This document shows, in pieces, positions 29,469-39,857 of a DNA stretch of 64,000 nucleotides. Location of the stretch: the NCBI GenBank assembly GCA_963767035.1, contig CAVYBW010000001.1, positions 2,374,547 through 2,438,546 of the forward strand. The letters are read 5' to 3'. Both the position numbers and the translations under genes were made by a program. Position 1 is the first letter of the stretch. Each line of letters opens with the position of its first letter. The notes below the pieces were generated by a model. The model was not told where the DNA came from. It did not search any database and saw only the letters and a list, made by a program, of their open reading frames with translations. Source of the stretch: an uncultured Chloroflexia bacterium. GTDB lineage: Bacteria > Chloroflexota > Chloroflexia > Chloroflexales > Herpetosiphonaceae.

Positions 29469-31232
29469 TTATTGAATTGTGGGTAAGAAAAGCGGATTTC
29501 CTACAACAATCACGCCTGTAACCTGATTATCGTTTGAGTTATCACTAGCGGCTACCCCACTTAAATCCAGCTCAAATGATCGTTGGTCGCCTAATGCCGC
29601 ATTTGGCAGACTAACATACACCACAAAGCTGTGCTCGGTACAATTTGCGGCAGTTTGCTCAAGATTCCAGGTATATCTATCGGTTTGAATCGTTGGCGTA
29701 ATTCCACTGGTATCGCTAAGATACTCCACACCATCGGTCAAGGTTAGCGTCACATCGACGGGTTGGTTGATAATTGTGCCATCATTGCCAAGCGTAACTG
29801 GAATCGCCGCAACCTGATTACCAGCAGTGGCAACAACCGGAATACTGTGCAGCCACGTATTGCCACTTTCACGATAGCGCCAAGGTTCGCGGCCAAGCTC
29901 AGCAGTGTGAGCCGCAAAGAATACGCCTTGGGTAGTGGCAAGGAACAAGCCCGGATGGGCATTGGTAGTATTTGAACCAATTGGGCCGACCATGCTTGGA
30001 TTAGTGCCAGCACAGGTTAATTTCCATGGCTGAATAACACCTTGAACGGTAGTGGCACTAAAATATAATTGGTTACCAACTGCTGCCAAGTTATTTGGGT
30101 TGCTACTAGTTGAGCCAGGAAGAATATCGTGCACTAAAGTTGTGCCGGTAATTGTGCCATCGCTGCGCCAAAGTTCGCGGCCATAAGTGGCATGTTCGGC
30201 AGTAAAATAGAGATAGTTTCCAATGACTGGGCCAAAAATCACATTATCAATTCCGTTGGGATTCACATCAATTGGATAGGTTCCCGCAACTGTCCCATCA
30301 GTCCGCCATAAACGATCACCACTGTAATAGGTCATTAATCCAATCCCATTGACGCTGGTGAGTTGCATTGGGACTTCGCCCGCATCAATTCGATTGTCGA
30401 AAGGGATAGTGCCAGTTGGCGTACCATCACTGACGACAACCCCATCCCAAAATGAATTAAAAATCAGTTTGCCACCTGCGACAACTGGCCCCTGAACCTG
30501 AGCATATTTACGGGTGTCAAGCAGAGTAATTTTATAGGTTCCCTCAGCAGTCCCATCAGTCCGCCATAAATCTGAAACAGACCCATATATCCCAATATCA
30601 GTGGTCGATGTAACAAAATAGATCGCCCCATTAAATTCAACTAAACGATCAATGCTCGAAACAAGATTCAGTGAACCATGTACAGTAACTTTTTTGACTA
30701 AAACTGGGGCTAAGGCCTGATCAAGCTTCCAAATTTCAAGCTGCCCTTCGTAGGCAAAAAAGAAATACAAGCTATTTTGAACAACTTGCATGAGGCTAAT
30801 TTTTACAAAACCTGAAGAATAGCTACTTGGATCGAGGCTTACCACCTTGGTGATACTATTAAGTGAGCCATCAGTTTTCCAAATCGAATAGCCATCAGCC
30901 TGGGTATAGGCGGCAATATAAACATACTCGCCATAGCCAACGAGGTATTGTGGCGTAATCGCGTTTTGCTCAGCAGTCGTGAGCATAAATGTCCCATCGG
31001 TTGATCCATCACTGCGCCACAATCCAATCCCGTTGGAGCCATCGTTTGCCACAAAGTAACTTAAGCCATTATAGGCTAGATGAATCGAGTCATTGATAAG
31101 TGCTGGCGCTGTGCCAAAAGCAATATCTTTGATGTTTACGACTGAAGTCTCTGCCCTTACTACGGGCAACCAACTAGTGCCAATCAAGAGTAAGCCAGCA
31201 AGAGCGATGATCTTAAGCCAACTGCGATGCAT
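29469..31232 (-). CDS. secreted ELWxxDGT-repeat protein with C-terminal Ig-like (DUF11-like) domain
   Basis: signal peptide MHRSWLKIIALAGLLLIGTSWLPVVRA; at least 8 repeats of (L/I)W(R/K)(S/T)DG(T/S)xxGT; RBS GAGGAGGA. Confidence 0.7.
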   Translation of the reverse strand: MHRSWLKIIALAGLLLIGTSWLPVVRAETSVVNIKDIAFGTAPALINDSIHLAYNGLSYFVANDGSNGIGLWRSDGSTDGTFMLTTAEQNAITPQYLVGYGEYVYIAAYTQADGYSIWKTDGSLNSITKVVSLDPSSYSSGFVKISLMQVVQNSLYFFFAYEGQLEIWKLDQALAPVLVKKVTVHGSLNLVSSIDRLVEFNGAIYFVTSTTDIGIYGSVSDLWRTDGTAEGTYKITLLDTRKYAQVQGPVVAGGKLIFNSFWDGVVVSDGTPTGTIPFDNRIDAGEVPMQLTSVNGIGLMTYYSGDRLWRTDGTVAGTYPIDVNPNGIDNVIFGPVIGNYLYFTAEHATYGRELWRSDGTITGTTLVHDILPGSTSSNPNNLAAVGNQLYFSATTVQGVIQPWKLTCAGTNPSMVGPIGSNTTNAHPGLFLATTQGVFFAAHTAELGREPWRYRESGNTWLHSIPVVATAGNQVAAIPVTLGNDGTIINQPVDVTLTLTDGVEYLSDTSGITPTIQTDRYTWNLEQTAANCTEHSFVVYVSLPNAALGDQRSFELDLSGVAASDNSNDNQVTGVIVVGNPLFLPTIQ

Positions 31233-31351
31233 AGAAGTCCTCCTCACAATAAACATAAAACCAGCCTTCCACAAGTCAACTATAGCACCATACAAGCCGA
31301 TTATTGTAGTGGTACTTTGGTTGGATATTCAGCAACGTGCGCATATCTCGT

Positions 31352-31380
31352 TTGACAGTAGCCCTTGCTGGTGCTATACT
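31352..31380 (+). promoter_or_regulatory. sigma-70 consensus promoter of the rpsL-rpsG-fusA operon
   Basis: TTGACA, 17-nt spacer, TATACT; about 210 nt upstream of the rpsL ATG. Confidence 0.65.
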
Positions 31381-31388
31381 GGGCGGTC

Positions 31389-31416
31389 GATGCCCCTAGT
31401 GGGCATGCTTTTTTTG
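31389..31416 (+). terminator. terminator-like hairpin plus T7 run in the rpsL leader (candidate attenuator)
   Basis: gatgcccctagtgggcatgc followed by ttttttt, directly downstream of the promoter -10. Confidence 0.4.
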
Positions 31417-31593
31417 CTGCAATTTTTCGCAGGTAACGATCAGCCAACTGGGTGATGGTTAACCAATAGATTATGACTGTTCGCGGCATTGGGGCGGCAA
31501 TGCCATAGCTAGCTAGGCTAGAACACGCTCACGGTATAGTAGACGTGAGAACCGTCCAAAACCCGGTATTTCCAAGATTTTTGGAGGAATTGA

Positions 31594-32034
31594 ATGCCAA
31601 CGATCAACCAGTTGATCCGCAAGCCACGGAAACCTGTGGTCAAAAAGACCAAGGCACCTGCGCTGCGTTTCATCTACAACTCGCTGAAGGGCAAGCTTAC
31701 CCGCGGCAGCGGCGCACCCCAAAAGCGTGGTGTTTGTACGCAAGTTAAGACCATGACCCCAAAGAAACCAAACTCGGCCTTGCGTAAAGTCGCTCGGGTG
31801 CGGTTGTCGAATCAAATGGAAGTAACCGCCTATATTCCAGGCGAAGGTCACAACCTGCAAGAACACTCAGTGGTCTTGATTCGCGGTGGTCGGGTAAAAG
31901 ACTTGCCAGGCGTGCGCTACCACATTGTGCGCGGTACCTTGGACTCACAAGGTGTCAACAACCGCAAGCAAGGTCGCTCGAAGTACGGCACCAAGAAGAA
32001 CGCCCAAGTTGCAACGGGCAAGAAGAAAAAATAA
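31594..32034 (+). CDS. rpsL: 30S ribosomal protein S12
   Basis: 146 aa; canonical S12 sequence with a Lys-rich C-terminal extension (ATGKKKK); RBS GGAGG. Confidence 0.95.
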   Translation: MPTINQLIRKPRKPVVKKTKAPALRFIYNSLKGKLTRGSGAPQKRGVCTQVKTMTPKKPNSALRKVARVRLSNQMEVTAYIPGEGHNLQEHSVVLIRGGRVKDLPGVRYHIVRGTLDSQGVNNRKQGRSKYGTKKNAQVATGKKKK

Positions 32035-32050
32035 GGTAGGGTAAAATACA

Positions 32051-32523
32051 ATGCCACGACGACGAAAAATTACCAAGCGGCTTGTGCCTGGTGATCCAAT
32101 TCACAACAGCGTCCACGTGCAAATGTTGATCAACAAGGTCATGATGCACGGCAAAAAAAGTGTCGCTGAAAACATCGTGTATCGCGCTTTAGAGGTTGCT
32201 TCACAACGCCTAACCCGCGAAGCGGTTGATGTGTTCGAACAAGTGTTGCGCAACTCGAGCCTACCATCGAAGTTCGCCCAAAGCGCGTCGGTGGTTCGAC
32301 CTATCAAGTGCCAGTGGAAGTTAAGAGCGACCGCCGGATTGCCTTGGCAATTCGTTGGTTGTTGACTGCCGCCCGCGCTCGCAGCGGCAAACCAATGCAC
32401 GAACGCTTGGCGCTCGAATTGGTCGATGCATTCAACAACACCGGTGCAACCGTCAAACGCCGTGAAGAAGTTCACCGTATGGCTGAAGCTAACCGTGCCT
32501 TCTCACACTACGCTCGCTTCTAA
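32051..32523 (+). CDS. rpsG: 30S ribosomal protein S7, reading frame disrupted near 32255
   Basis: N-terminal 68 aa match S7 in the 32051 frame; the rest ([34 protein letters not shown]...[16 protein letters not shown]) is in the 32308 frame; one missing base near aactcgagcc restores [15 protein letters not shown]. Confidence 0.9.
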
Positions 32524-32690
32524 AGTTTATGGCCACCCCTCACGACCAGCGTCGTGAAACAATTGGGTAGGTGACCAGAGCGGCTAGACGCGAGTTTAGC
32601 CGCTTTTTGCCTGCATACTTATGGTACAATACAACGTCACCGCCGTGCAGGCTGTCACCAGCTAATACTAACCATGTAACGGAGTAAGGA

Positions 32691-34796
32691 ATGCCTCGCT
32701 CGACACCACTCGACAGAGTACGCAATATTGGGATTATTGCCCACATTGACGCAGGGAAAACTACTACTACCGAACGGATTTTGTTCTATACCGGTCGTAA
32801 CTATAAGATCGGTGAAGTCCACGAAGGCGCTGCCACCATGGACTGGATGGAACAAGAACGCGAACGGGGTATCACCATTACCGCTGCGGCTACCACCGCT
32901 CACTGGGAATATGCTGAGCAACGCTATCAAATCAATATTATTGATACCCCTGGCCACGTGGACTTTACCGCTGAAGTAGAGCGCTCATTGCGCGTGCTCG
33001 ACGGTGGCGTAGTGGTGTTCGACGCAGTGGCCGGTGTGGAGCCACAATCAGAAACGGTGTGGCGCCAAGCTGATAAATATAGCGTGCCTCGGATTTGTTT
33101 TGTCAACAAAATGGACCGCATGGGCGCGAACTTTGATCGTACCGTTCAGATGATTGTTGATCGCCTTGGCGCTAAGCCTGTGCCGATCCAATTGCCAATC
33201 GGTGCCGAAGATCGCTTCCAAGGGATCATCGACTTGTTGGACAACAAAGCCATCTTCTATATGGACGATGTTGGTAAAATCCAAGAAGAACGCGAAATTC
33301 CTGCTGAATTGGCCGAAAAAGCTAAAGCAGCCCGTGAATATATGCTCGAAGCAATTGCCGAAACCGACGATGAGTTGATGATGCTCTATCTCGAAGGCGA
33401 AGAATTGCAAGTGCCAGAATTGCGCCGCGCGCTGCGCAATGCCACAATTGGCAACAAATTGGTGCCAGTCTTGTGTGGTTCAGCCTTGAAGAACAAAGGC
33501 GTACAACGCATGCTCGACGCTGTGGTGTTGCTCTTGCCTTCACCACTGGATATTCCAGTGACCAAGGCTGTGCGCCCAGGCGTTGATGCAGAAGCTGAAG
33601 ACGTTGAGTTCATCGAGCGCCCAGCCGACGAAAATCTGCCCTTCACTGGCTTGGTTTTCAAAATTATGGCTGACCCATTCGTGGGTAAGTTGGCCTACTT
33701 CCGGGTTTACTCAGGCAAGCTCGAAACTGGCTCATATGTTTTGAACACCACCAAGAACAAGCGCGAACGGGTTGGTCGCTTGCTGCAAATGCACGCTAAC
33801 CACCGCGAAGAAATCAAGGAAGTCTATGCCGGCGATATCGCTGCGGTGGTGGGTCCAAAAGATACCTTCACTGGCGATACCATCTGTGCCCCAGAAGATC
33901 CAGTGGTTTTGGAAAGCATCAAGTTCCCAGAACCAGTGATCTCGGTGGCAATCGAGCCAAAAACCAAGGCCGACCAAGACAAGATGTCGATTGCGCTCTC
34001 ACGCTTGGCCGAAGAAGACCCAACCTTCCGCTTGAACACCGATGTCGAAACTGGCCAAACAATCATCCGCGGGATGGGCGAATTGCACTTGGAAGTTATC
34101 GTCGACCGCATGATGCGCGAATTCAAGGTTGAAGCCAATGTTGGTAAGCCCCAAGTGGCCTACCGCGAAAGCATCACCAAGAGCGTCGATATCGATAGCA
34201 AGTTCGTGCGCCAATCGGGCGGTAAAGGTCAATACGGTCACGTCAAGGTCAAGTTCGAGCCATCAGGCGAGGGCGAAGGCTATATCTTCGTCAATGGTAT
34301 CGTTGGTGGGGTTGTGCCTCGCGAATACGTACCAGCAGTCGAAGCAGGTATCCGCGAAGCCATGGAAACTGGCGTTATCGCTGGCTACCCTGTGGTCGAC
34401 GTCAAAGCAACCTTGTTCGACGGCTCATACCACGATGTTGACTCATCGGAAATGGCCTTCAAGATCGCTGCTTCAATGGCCTTGAAGGACGGCGTTCGCC
34501 GTGGCGGCCCACAAATCTTGGAACCAATCATGAAAATCGAAGTGATTGTGCCCGAAGATTACATGGGTAGCGTGATTGGCGACGTCAACAGTCGCCGTGG
34601 TCGGATCGAAGGTATGGAAGCTCGCGGTAACGCTCAAGTCGTGCGTGGCTTCGTGCCATTGGCCAACATGTTTGGTTATGTCAACGATTTGCGCTCACAA
34701 ACCCAAGGCCGAGCTACCTACTCGATGGAATTCCATCACTACGAGCCAATTCCTCGCAACTTGCAAGAAGAATTGGTCGAAAAATCACGCAGCTAA
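32691..34796 (+). CDS. fusA: elongation factor G
   Basis: 701 aa; [19 protein letters not shown]-domain and full EF-G domain set; RBS GGAG. Confidence 0.97.
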   Translation: MPRSTPLDRVRNIGIIAHIDAGKTTTTERILFYTGRNYKIGEVHEGAATMDWMEQERERGITITAAATTAHWEYAEQRYQINIIDTPGHVDFTAEVERSLRVLDGGVVVFDAVAGVEPQSETVWRQADKYSVPRICFVNKMDRMGANFDRTVQMIVDRLGAKPVPIQLPIGAEDRFQGIIDLLDNKAIFYMDDVGKIQEEREIPAELAEKAKAAREYMLEAIAETDDELMMLYLEGEELQVPELRRALRNATIGNKLVPVLCGSALKNKGVQRMLDAVVLLLPSPLDIPVTKAVRPGVDAEAEDVEFIERPADENLPFTGLVFKIMADPFVGKLAYFRVYSGKLETGSYVLNTTKNKRERVGRLLQMHANHREEIKEVYAGDIAAVVGPKDTFTGDTICAPEDPVVLESIKFPEPVISVAIEPKTKADQDKMSIALSRLAEEDPTFRLNTDVETGQTIIRGMGELHLEVIVDRMMREFKVEANVGKPQVAYRESITKSVDIDSKFVRQSGGKGQYGHVKVKFEPSGEGEGYIFVNGIVGGVVPREYVPAVEAGIREAMETGVIAGYPVVDVKATLFDGSYHDVDSSEMAFKIAASMALKDGVRRGGPQILEPIMKIEVIVPEDYMGSVIGDVNSRRGRIEGMEARGNAQVVRGFVPLANMFGYVNDLRSQTQGRATYSMEFHHYEPIPRNLQEELVEKSRS

Positions 34797-34813
34797 AACC
34801 TGCTACAAAGCGC

Positions 34814-34866
34814 AAAAATGGGCCGATTGGGTATACCCAATCGGCCCATTTTCTTTAACTTTTTTG
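34814..34866 (+). terminator. rho-independent terminator after fusA
   Basis: perfect 17-bp inverted repeat aaatgggccgattgggta/tacccaatcggcccattt followed by a T-rich run. Confidence 0.8.
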
Positions 34867-34975
34867 TGCGTATAATAAGCACATTGATCCAATTTCTGCT
34901 TCCAGCAATCCGGAGCCAACTGCATGATCCGAATTACCCAACGCCAAGCGACACTTGCGCTCTTAGTGCTGTTAA

Positions 34976-35893
34976 ATGATCATGACTGCCGCAATTGATG
35001 TGGTGATCGGTCTGCGCAATGGCTGGCAAGAGCCGCTGTTGATGGGCAGCATTTTGTTGGTGCTGGTTGGAATAAGTTTTGCCTATTGGCGTGGCATCGA
35101 GTGGAGTCGCTGGTTAATGGTCGGCTTTGTGACCCTGATCTGCGCCGGCTTTGTCGATCAAAATCAACCGGTTAGTTTGCTCACGTTGATCCCACCAGTC
35201 ATGGCCTTGATCATGGGTTCGTCAACCGCCGTGATTCTGAGTGCCCTTGTTGGCTATGGTGGCATCTTGGTACGCGCCAATTTTACTGGTGCCTATGCCG
35301 CAGCCGATAACCTAGTCGCCTACGCTCTGCTGATTGTCGCCATCGTGCTGATTCGGACAATTAATCAAACCAACCTCCTCACCTTAAGCGAAACGATCAA
35401 TAAATCCGATGGCGAGCAACGGCGGATCAAAGCGCAATCAACATTAATGCGCAACCAAGCCGATGCCTTGCTCAAACAAAATCAAGAGCAACAACGCTTA
35501 TTAACCTTGGTCGAAACCTTGGAAACTCCAGCAGTCACGATTGCCGCCAATGTTTTGCTGGCTCCCTTGGTTGGCGCACTCGATAGCAAACGCATCGAAC
35601 AAATTCAAAAACGCTTGCTAGCAACAATTCATCGCCAACGCACGCGGCTCTTGATTCTCGATATGGCTGGAGTTCGCGAGCTTGCCAATGATGCCGCTGA
35701 GCAGGTGCTCTTTATGATTCAGGCCATTCGGCTGCTTGGCTGCGAGGTTACTGTCACCAGCGCTTCGGCTGAAATTGCTATGCAATTTGGCGACCTTGGG
35801 GTCGATCGCGAGTTGTTTCAAACTGCCCAAACCCCGCAAATTGCCCTTGAACAGAGCATATATAGCCTCAGCAAGCCTGCATTTGACAAGTAA
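34976..35893 (+). CDS. membrane-anchored STAS-domain protein (RsbR/stressosome-sensor-like)
   Basis: 305 aa; N-terminal 4-5 TM segments, coiled linker, C-terminal STAS core (LAPLVGALDSKRIEQIQKRLL...LILDMAGVRELANDAAE...LLGCEVTVTSASAEIAMQFGDLGVD). Confidence 0.6.
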   Translation: MIMTAAIDVVIGLRNGWQEPLLMGSILLVLVGISFAYWRGIEWSRWLMVGFVTLICAGFVDQNQPVSLLTLIPPVMALIMGSSTAVILSALVGYGGILVRANFTGAYAAADNLVAYALLIVAIVLIRTINQTNLLTLSETINKSDGEQRRIKAQSTLMRNQADALLKQNQEQQRLLTLVETLETPAVTIAANVLLAPLVGALDSKRIEQIQKRLLATIHRQRTRLLILDMAGVRELANDAAEQVLFMIQAIRLLGCEVTVTSASAEIAMQFGDLGVDRELFQTAQTPQIALEQSIYSLSKPAFDK

Positions 35894-35923
35894 CTAAGTG
35901 TGTGCTATTATACATAGGTCAAC

Positions 35924-35998
<75 letters not shown>

Positions 35999-36043
35999 AA
36001 CTAAAGATTTGAGCGGCTTGCTAAACAAGCCGCTCATTCTGTG

Positions 36044-36119
<76 letters not shown>

Positions 36120-36278
36120 TTTTTTATTTTAGGCCCCAATTCTCCTCAATTTACTCCTAACCATCTCAGCTATCTCTCAGGTTCTCACAAGTACACTCTC
36201 ACATCGCTGGTAGCCAAAATCAGCTTTCTTTCGACTACACTCTTTCGTATAGTAGTGTCGATGTAGAAAGGAACCGCG

Positions 36279-37949
36279 ATGAAATGGTTATGGCGATTAG
36301 GCTTGATTATAAGCCTTGGCATATTCAGTAATCCCGTATCCGCCCAACCGAGCCAAGCAACAATCAGCCGCGATATTGTGAGCGATCATACGATTACCCA
36401 GCTCAAACTTGATGGCAATTGGCTGGCGTGGCGCACCTATCGCACCGATTTCGTCAACTATACCAGTGAATTAATGGTCACCAATCTCTCCACCGGCACA
36501 AGCTTGAGCCTCGGTAGTGTTCAAAATCAAACCTACGATTTCTTTATCAGCAATGGTCGGGTCATCTGGCGCGATCAGCAACACGTGTATAGCTACGATC
36601 TTGCGACTCAAACCAATACAACCCTGCAAACGCCACAAAATCCTGATACCATGCGCTGGATTGTTAAGGGTGATTGGTTGATTTGGCTCAGCGTTGAAGG
36701 CTCTCCACCAGAGATTACCAACAAACTTTGGAAATGGCATGTGGCTGGCAATCAAGCGCCGATCTTGCTTGGTAGCGAGGTAGCCACGATTTACGGCACC
36801 GATTCGCTCCAAACCGATGGCGAAATCGTTAGTTGGGCTTATGCGACCAGTAGTTCGGGCAGATATGGTGTCTGCTCCGAGATTCATTATCTCGCATTCG
36901 ATGGCTCCCAAGCACCGCAGAAACTCGCCCAACCCACCTGCAATTTGGGTATTCGCCAAAATCTACTGCTTGATAAAACTTTTTATTATTGCCAAAATAA
37001 GCATTTATATGCTCGTAGCCTTGATAATACTGAAACTTTGATTCATGAAAATAATTGTCGTTTTGAAAGCATGCCAGCTCCATCAGCAAGCCAAAACTTC
37101 TTAGTGGCCTTCAATTATACCGATACCACCAACCCAGAAATTGATTTGGTCGGCGTTGATATTCGCCAAAAAAGCATGTTTACGATTGATCATTTTGCCC
37201 ATAGCGATACCAATCGTCCATCGATTCATATAAGTAATTCGGTTGTAGCCTGGAGCGATCATCGCGGCGCCAAACCTGTGATTCATGTGCGACCGATTGC
37301 TGAGGTCGTGCCAACCGCCCCACGGCAATCCACCGATCCATTGCTGGCGAATCGCACCTATTATCCAGAAAGTCAGCACTCGCTTGGTGGTTTGTTCGAG
37401 CAATATTGGCAAAAAAATGGTGGTTTGGCAGTCTTTGGCTATCCCCAAAGCGAAGAATTTAGCCAAGTCAATGCTGATACCGCTAAAACATACACCGTGC
37501 AATTTCTCGAACGCCAGCGCTACGAACATCACCCAGAGTTAGCCGGCACGCCATATGAGGTATCGTTGGGGCGATTAGGAGCTGAACGCTTGGCCACACT
37601 CAAGCGCAATTGGCAAAACGAAGGCGATACATCAACTGGCGCTGAGCAATTGCCTGGTAATTGTCAAGCCTTCGCCACCACTGATCGCAAAGTTTGCGGC
37701 GCGTTTCTGAGCTATTGGCAAAGCCATGGGTCGGATTTAGGCGAGCCTGGCACAAGCTACGCCGAATCATTAGCCTTATTTGGCTTGCCGCTGACCGCAC
37801 CACATCTAGAAACCAATCCTGATGGCGATCAAGTGTTGACGCAATGGTTTGAGCGCGCCCGCTTTGAGTGGCATCCCAATAATCCCGCAGCGTTTCAAGT
37901 GCAACTTGGGCGCTTGGCCGCCGAGCAAATCCCTAGCCTAGGTTGGTAA
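36279..37949 (+). CDS. secreted protein with beta-propeller-like N-region and two C-terminal ~95-aa LGFP-like repeats
   Basis: signal peptide; two tandem modules with FG(Y/L)PxS/T...QxFERxRxEWHP...(V)xLGRL(G/A)AE pattern. Confidence 0.5.
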   Translation: MKWLWRLGLIISLGIFSNPVSAQPSQATISRDIVSDHTITQLKLDGNWLAWRTYRTDFVNYTSELMVTNLSTGTSLSLGSVQNQTYDFFISNGRVIWRDQQHVYSYDLATQTNTTLQTPQNPDTMRWIVKGDWLIWLSVEGSPPEITNKLWKWHVAGNQAPILLGSEVATIYGTDSLQTDGEIVSWAYATSSSGRYGVCSEIHYLAFDGSQAPQKLAQPTCNLGIRQNLLLDKTFYYCQNKHLYARSLDNTETLIHENNCRFESMPAPSASQNFLVAFNYTDTTNPEIDLVGVDIRQKSMFTIDHFAHSDTNRPSIHISNSVVAWSDHRGAKPVIHVRPIAEVVPTAPRQSTDPLLANRTYYPESQHSLGGLFEQYWQKNGGLAVFGYPQSEEFSQVNADTAKTYTVQFLERQRYEHHPELAGTPYEVSLGRLGAERLATLKRNWQNEGDTSTGAEQLPGNCQAFATTDRKVCGAFLSYWQSHGSDLGEPGTSYAESLALFGLPLTAPHLETNPDGDQVLTQWFERARFEWHPNNPAAFQVQLGRLAAEQIPSLGW

Positions 37950-38002
37950 TAATCGTTGATAAAGCGTCGCCCTTGGATAATTCAAGGGCAACGCTTTTTT
38001 TA

Positions 38003-38260
38003 TTAGTTTGGGACAACTCCAGCACAATTGGGATCGCCACAGCCGCATTGGCTGACAACTGGTTGTTTGCGCCGCAAGAACAACAGCGGAATCGCACAGG
38101 GAATCAGACATGCCACAATCATCACGATTGGCGTTGCTCCTGCCAACCATACGCCCAACGTGCTCCGCTCGAAAAAGATAATGCTCCCAATCAATGCAGC
38201 GATGATCAACAAGCCAACCTTGCTGCGTAGCCAACCAAAACAATCGTGTAAAAGTTTCAT
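38003..38260 (-). CDS. small Cys-rich membrane protein (2 TM, CxxxC in TM2, C-terminal CGCGDPNC), putative metal binding/transport
   Basis: 85 aa from MKLLHDC; RBS GGAG 7 nt upstream; divergent from the MerR/SoxR-like regulator. Confidence 0.5.
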   Translation of the reverse strand: MKLLHDCFGWLRSKVGLLIIAALIGSIIFFERSTLGVWLAGATPIVMIVACLIPCAIPLLFLRRKQPVVSQCGCGDPNCAGVVPN

Positions 38261-38336
38261 CAAAAACTCCTTTATAGCTTGATAGTTGTACGCTATCATG
38301 TAAAGTGCACTTTAAGTCAAGCAGGAGTTTTCGCTA

Positions 38337-38756
38337 ATGCAAGGATTATCAATTGGTGAGGTGGCAGCGCAAACGGGTTTACAGCCATCAGCAATTCGCT
38401 ATTATGAGCAGATGGGTTTGATTCCCAAACCGCAACGCTTCAATACGCGCCGCCGGTATGAGCCAGCAGTCTTGCAATGGATTGGCGTGATTAATTTGGC
38501 CCGCAAAGCTGGCTTCTCAATCGCCGAAGTTCAAACATTAATTCATGGCTTTTCGGAAGATACGCCACCATCAGCGCGTTGGCAGAGCATGGCTAGCAGC
38601 AAACTCGCTCAAGTAGCTCAGCAAATGCAGGCACTACAACAGATGCAAGCGTTGCTTAATCATGGCTTGGAATGCCAATGCTTGCGGCTCGAAGATTGTC
38701 GGGTTAGCAATGAGCAGGGTTGTAGCGAGGGGTGCAATGGAGCAAATCAAGCTTGA
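38337..38756 (+). CDS. MerR family transcriptional regulator, SoxR-like with C-terminal Cys cluster
   Basis: N-terminal HTH resembles SoxR; C-terminal ECQCLRLEDC (CxCx5C) then GCSEGC. Confidence 0.65.
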   Translation: MQGLSIGEVAAQTGLQPSAIRYYEQMGLIPKPQRFNTRRRYEPAVLQWIGVINLARKAGFSIAEVQTLIHGFSEDTPPSARWQSMASSKLAQVAQQMQALQQMQALLNHGLECQCLRLEDCRVSNEQGCSEGCNGANQA

Positions 38757-38773
38757 TCTGCTCCATTTGGTCG

Positions 38774-39535
38774 TTATTGAGCCAGTGGTTTGAGTTTGGT
38801 ACTAGGCTGAAGTGGGCGAGTGAAGAAGCGTAATAAGCCGCCAAACGCCAAGCCAACAATCAGCCAATACAAGCTGAGACCCGCCAACGACCAAGCCCGA
38901 AACTCGTTGACCAACTCCATTGGCAAGCGAATTGGATCAGTCGATGCAGGGAAGACAAATTGGATAATGGCACCGCTGAGCACCAGCAACACGCTACTGC
39001 ATGCCCATTCTGACCAACGCCAGCGGGCTGCTAACCAACGCCCAAGCGTCAAAGCAACCCCAACGCCAACGGCTGAGGCCAGTTGAATGCCAAGGTAGAG
39101 TTGCTGGCGCAGATTGACTGTAGCTGGTTCGCCAACGCCTGGTGGATTGGCTGGATACTTCAAGAATGGCATCAAGGCACAGGCCCAAAATACCAACAAA
39201 CCAAAAATCAAGGCTGTGCGGCGCAAACCAAGCTGGCCAAAAAAGCCTTGGCCAAGGTGAAATACCACCGACAATAACAAAGCCCAACTGAGGCCATACA
39301 ATCCATAGCCAACAAATAAGCCAATTTTTTGGCCGTTGCGGCTAACAATTGGCTCGTCGCTACCAACATGCGGAGCTTCGTTGAGTGTATGATTCACCGC
39401 TTCATAGCCAATTGCTTGCTCAATTAACGGCTCGGTGAAGAATAGATGAAAGGTTGCGACAACCGTACCTGCCAGCAAAACTGCCAGCAACAGCGACTTG
39501 AGCACAACCCCAAAGGAAATTCGTGGCATCAGCAT
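38774..39535 (-). CDS. cbtA: putative cobalt transporter subunit CbtA-like membrane protein
   Basis: 253 aa, 5-6 TM, His/Glu-containing loops; directly downstream of a CbtB-like peptide gene. Confidence 0.5.
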   Translation of the reverse strand: MLMPRISFGVVLKSLLLAVLLAGTVVATFHLFFTEPLIEQAIGYEAVNHTLNEAPHVGSDEPIVSRNGQKIGLFVGYGLYGLSWALLLSVVFHLGQGFFGQLGLRRTALIFGLLVFWACALMPFLKYPANPPGVGEPATVNLRQQLYLGIQLASAVGVGVALTLGRWLAARWRWSEWACSSVLLVLSGAIIQFVFPASTDPIRLPMELVNEFRAWSLAGLSLYWLIVGLAFGGLLRFFTRPLQPSTKLKPLAQ

Positions 39536-39540
39536 CTCGC

Positions 39541-39777
39541 TTAGTGGCAGGGCATGCCGTTAACATGGCGGCTATCATGAACCGATTCGTGAATTAGATT
39601 TTGGCTGTAGGCAACTTGGCCTTGAATCAAACTGAGCAGTTGGCCTTGATCCAACGCCATCAAGAAAAACAATACTAAACCCAAGGTTAACGAAACCAAA
39701 TAGGCTCGCCATTGAGGTTTGGCAACCTGTGAAACGTCAGTTAACATGAATCCTCCTACACAAACACCAAGCAGCAC
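39541..39777 (-). CDS. cbtB: putative CbtB-like small membrane protein with His-rich C-terminus
   Basis: 78 aa; single TM; C-terminal HESVHDSRHVNGMPCH. Confidence 0.5.
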   Translation of the reverse strand: MLLGVCVGGFMLTDVSQVAKPQWRAYLVSLTLGLVLFFLMALDQGQLLSLIQGQVAYSQNLIHESVHDSRHVNGMPCH

Positions 39778-39857
39778 GCGGCCAACGCCGGTGCATCAAT
39801 CCCAGTTTAGCGCCAATTAATCGGGCTGAATGGCGCAAGTATAGAAGTCTGTCCAAC

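Noticed and set aside
39778-39857. Possible cobalamin riboswitch upstream of the cbtB-like gene
   Set aside because: The intergenic space is only about 80 nt, too short for a B12 riboswitch aptamer (about 200 nt). cbtBA is more likely co-transcribed with the ATPase.
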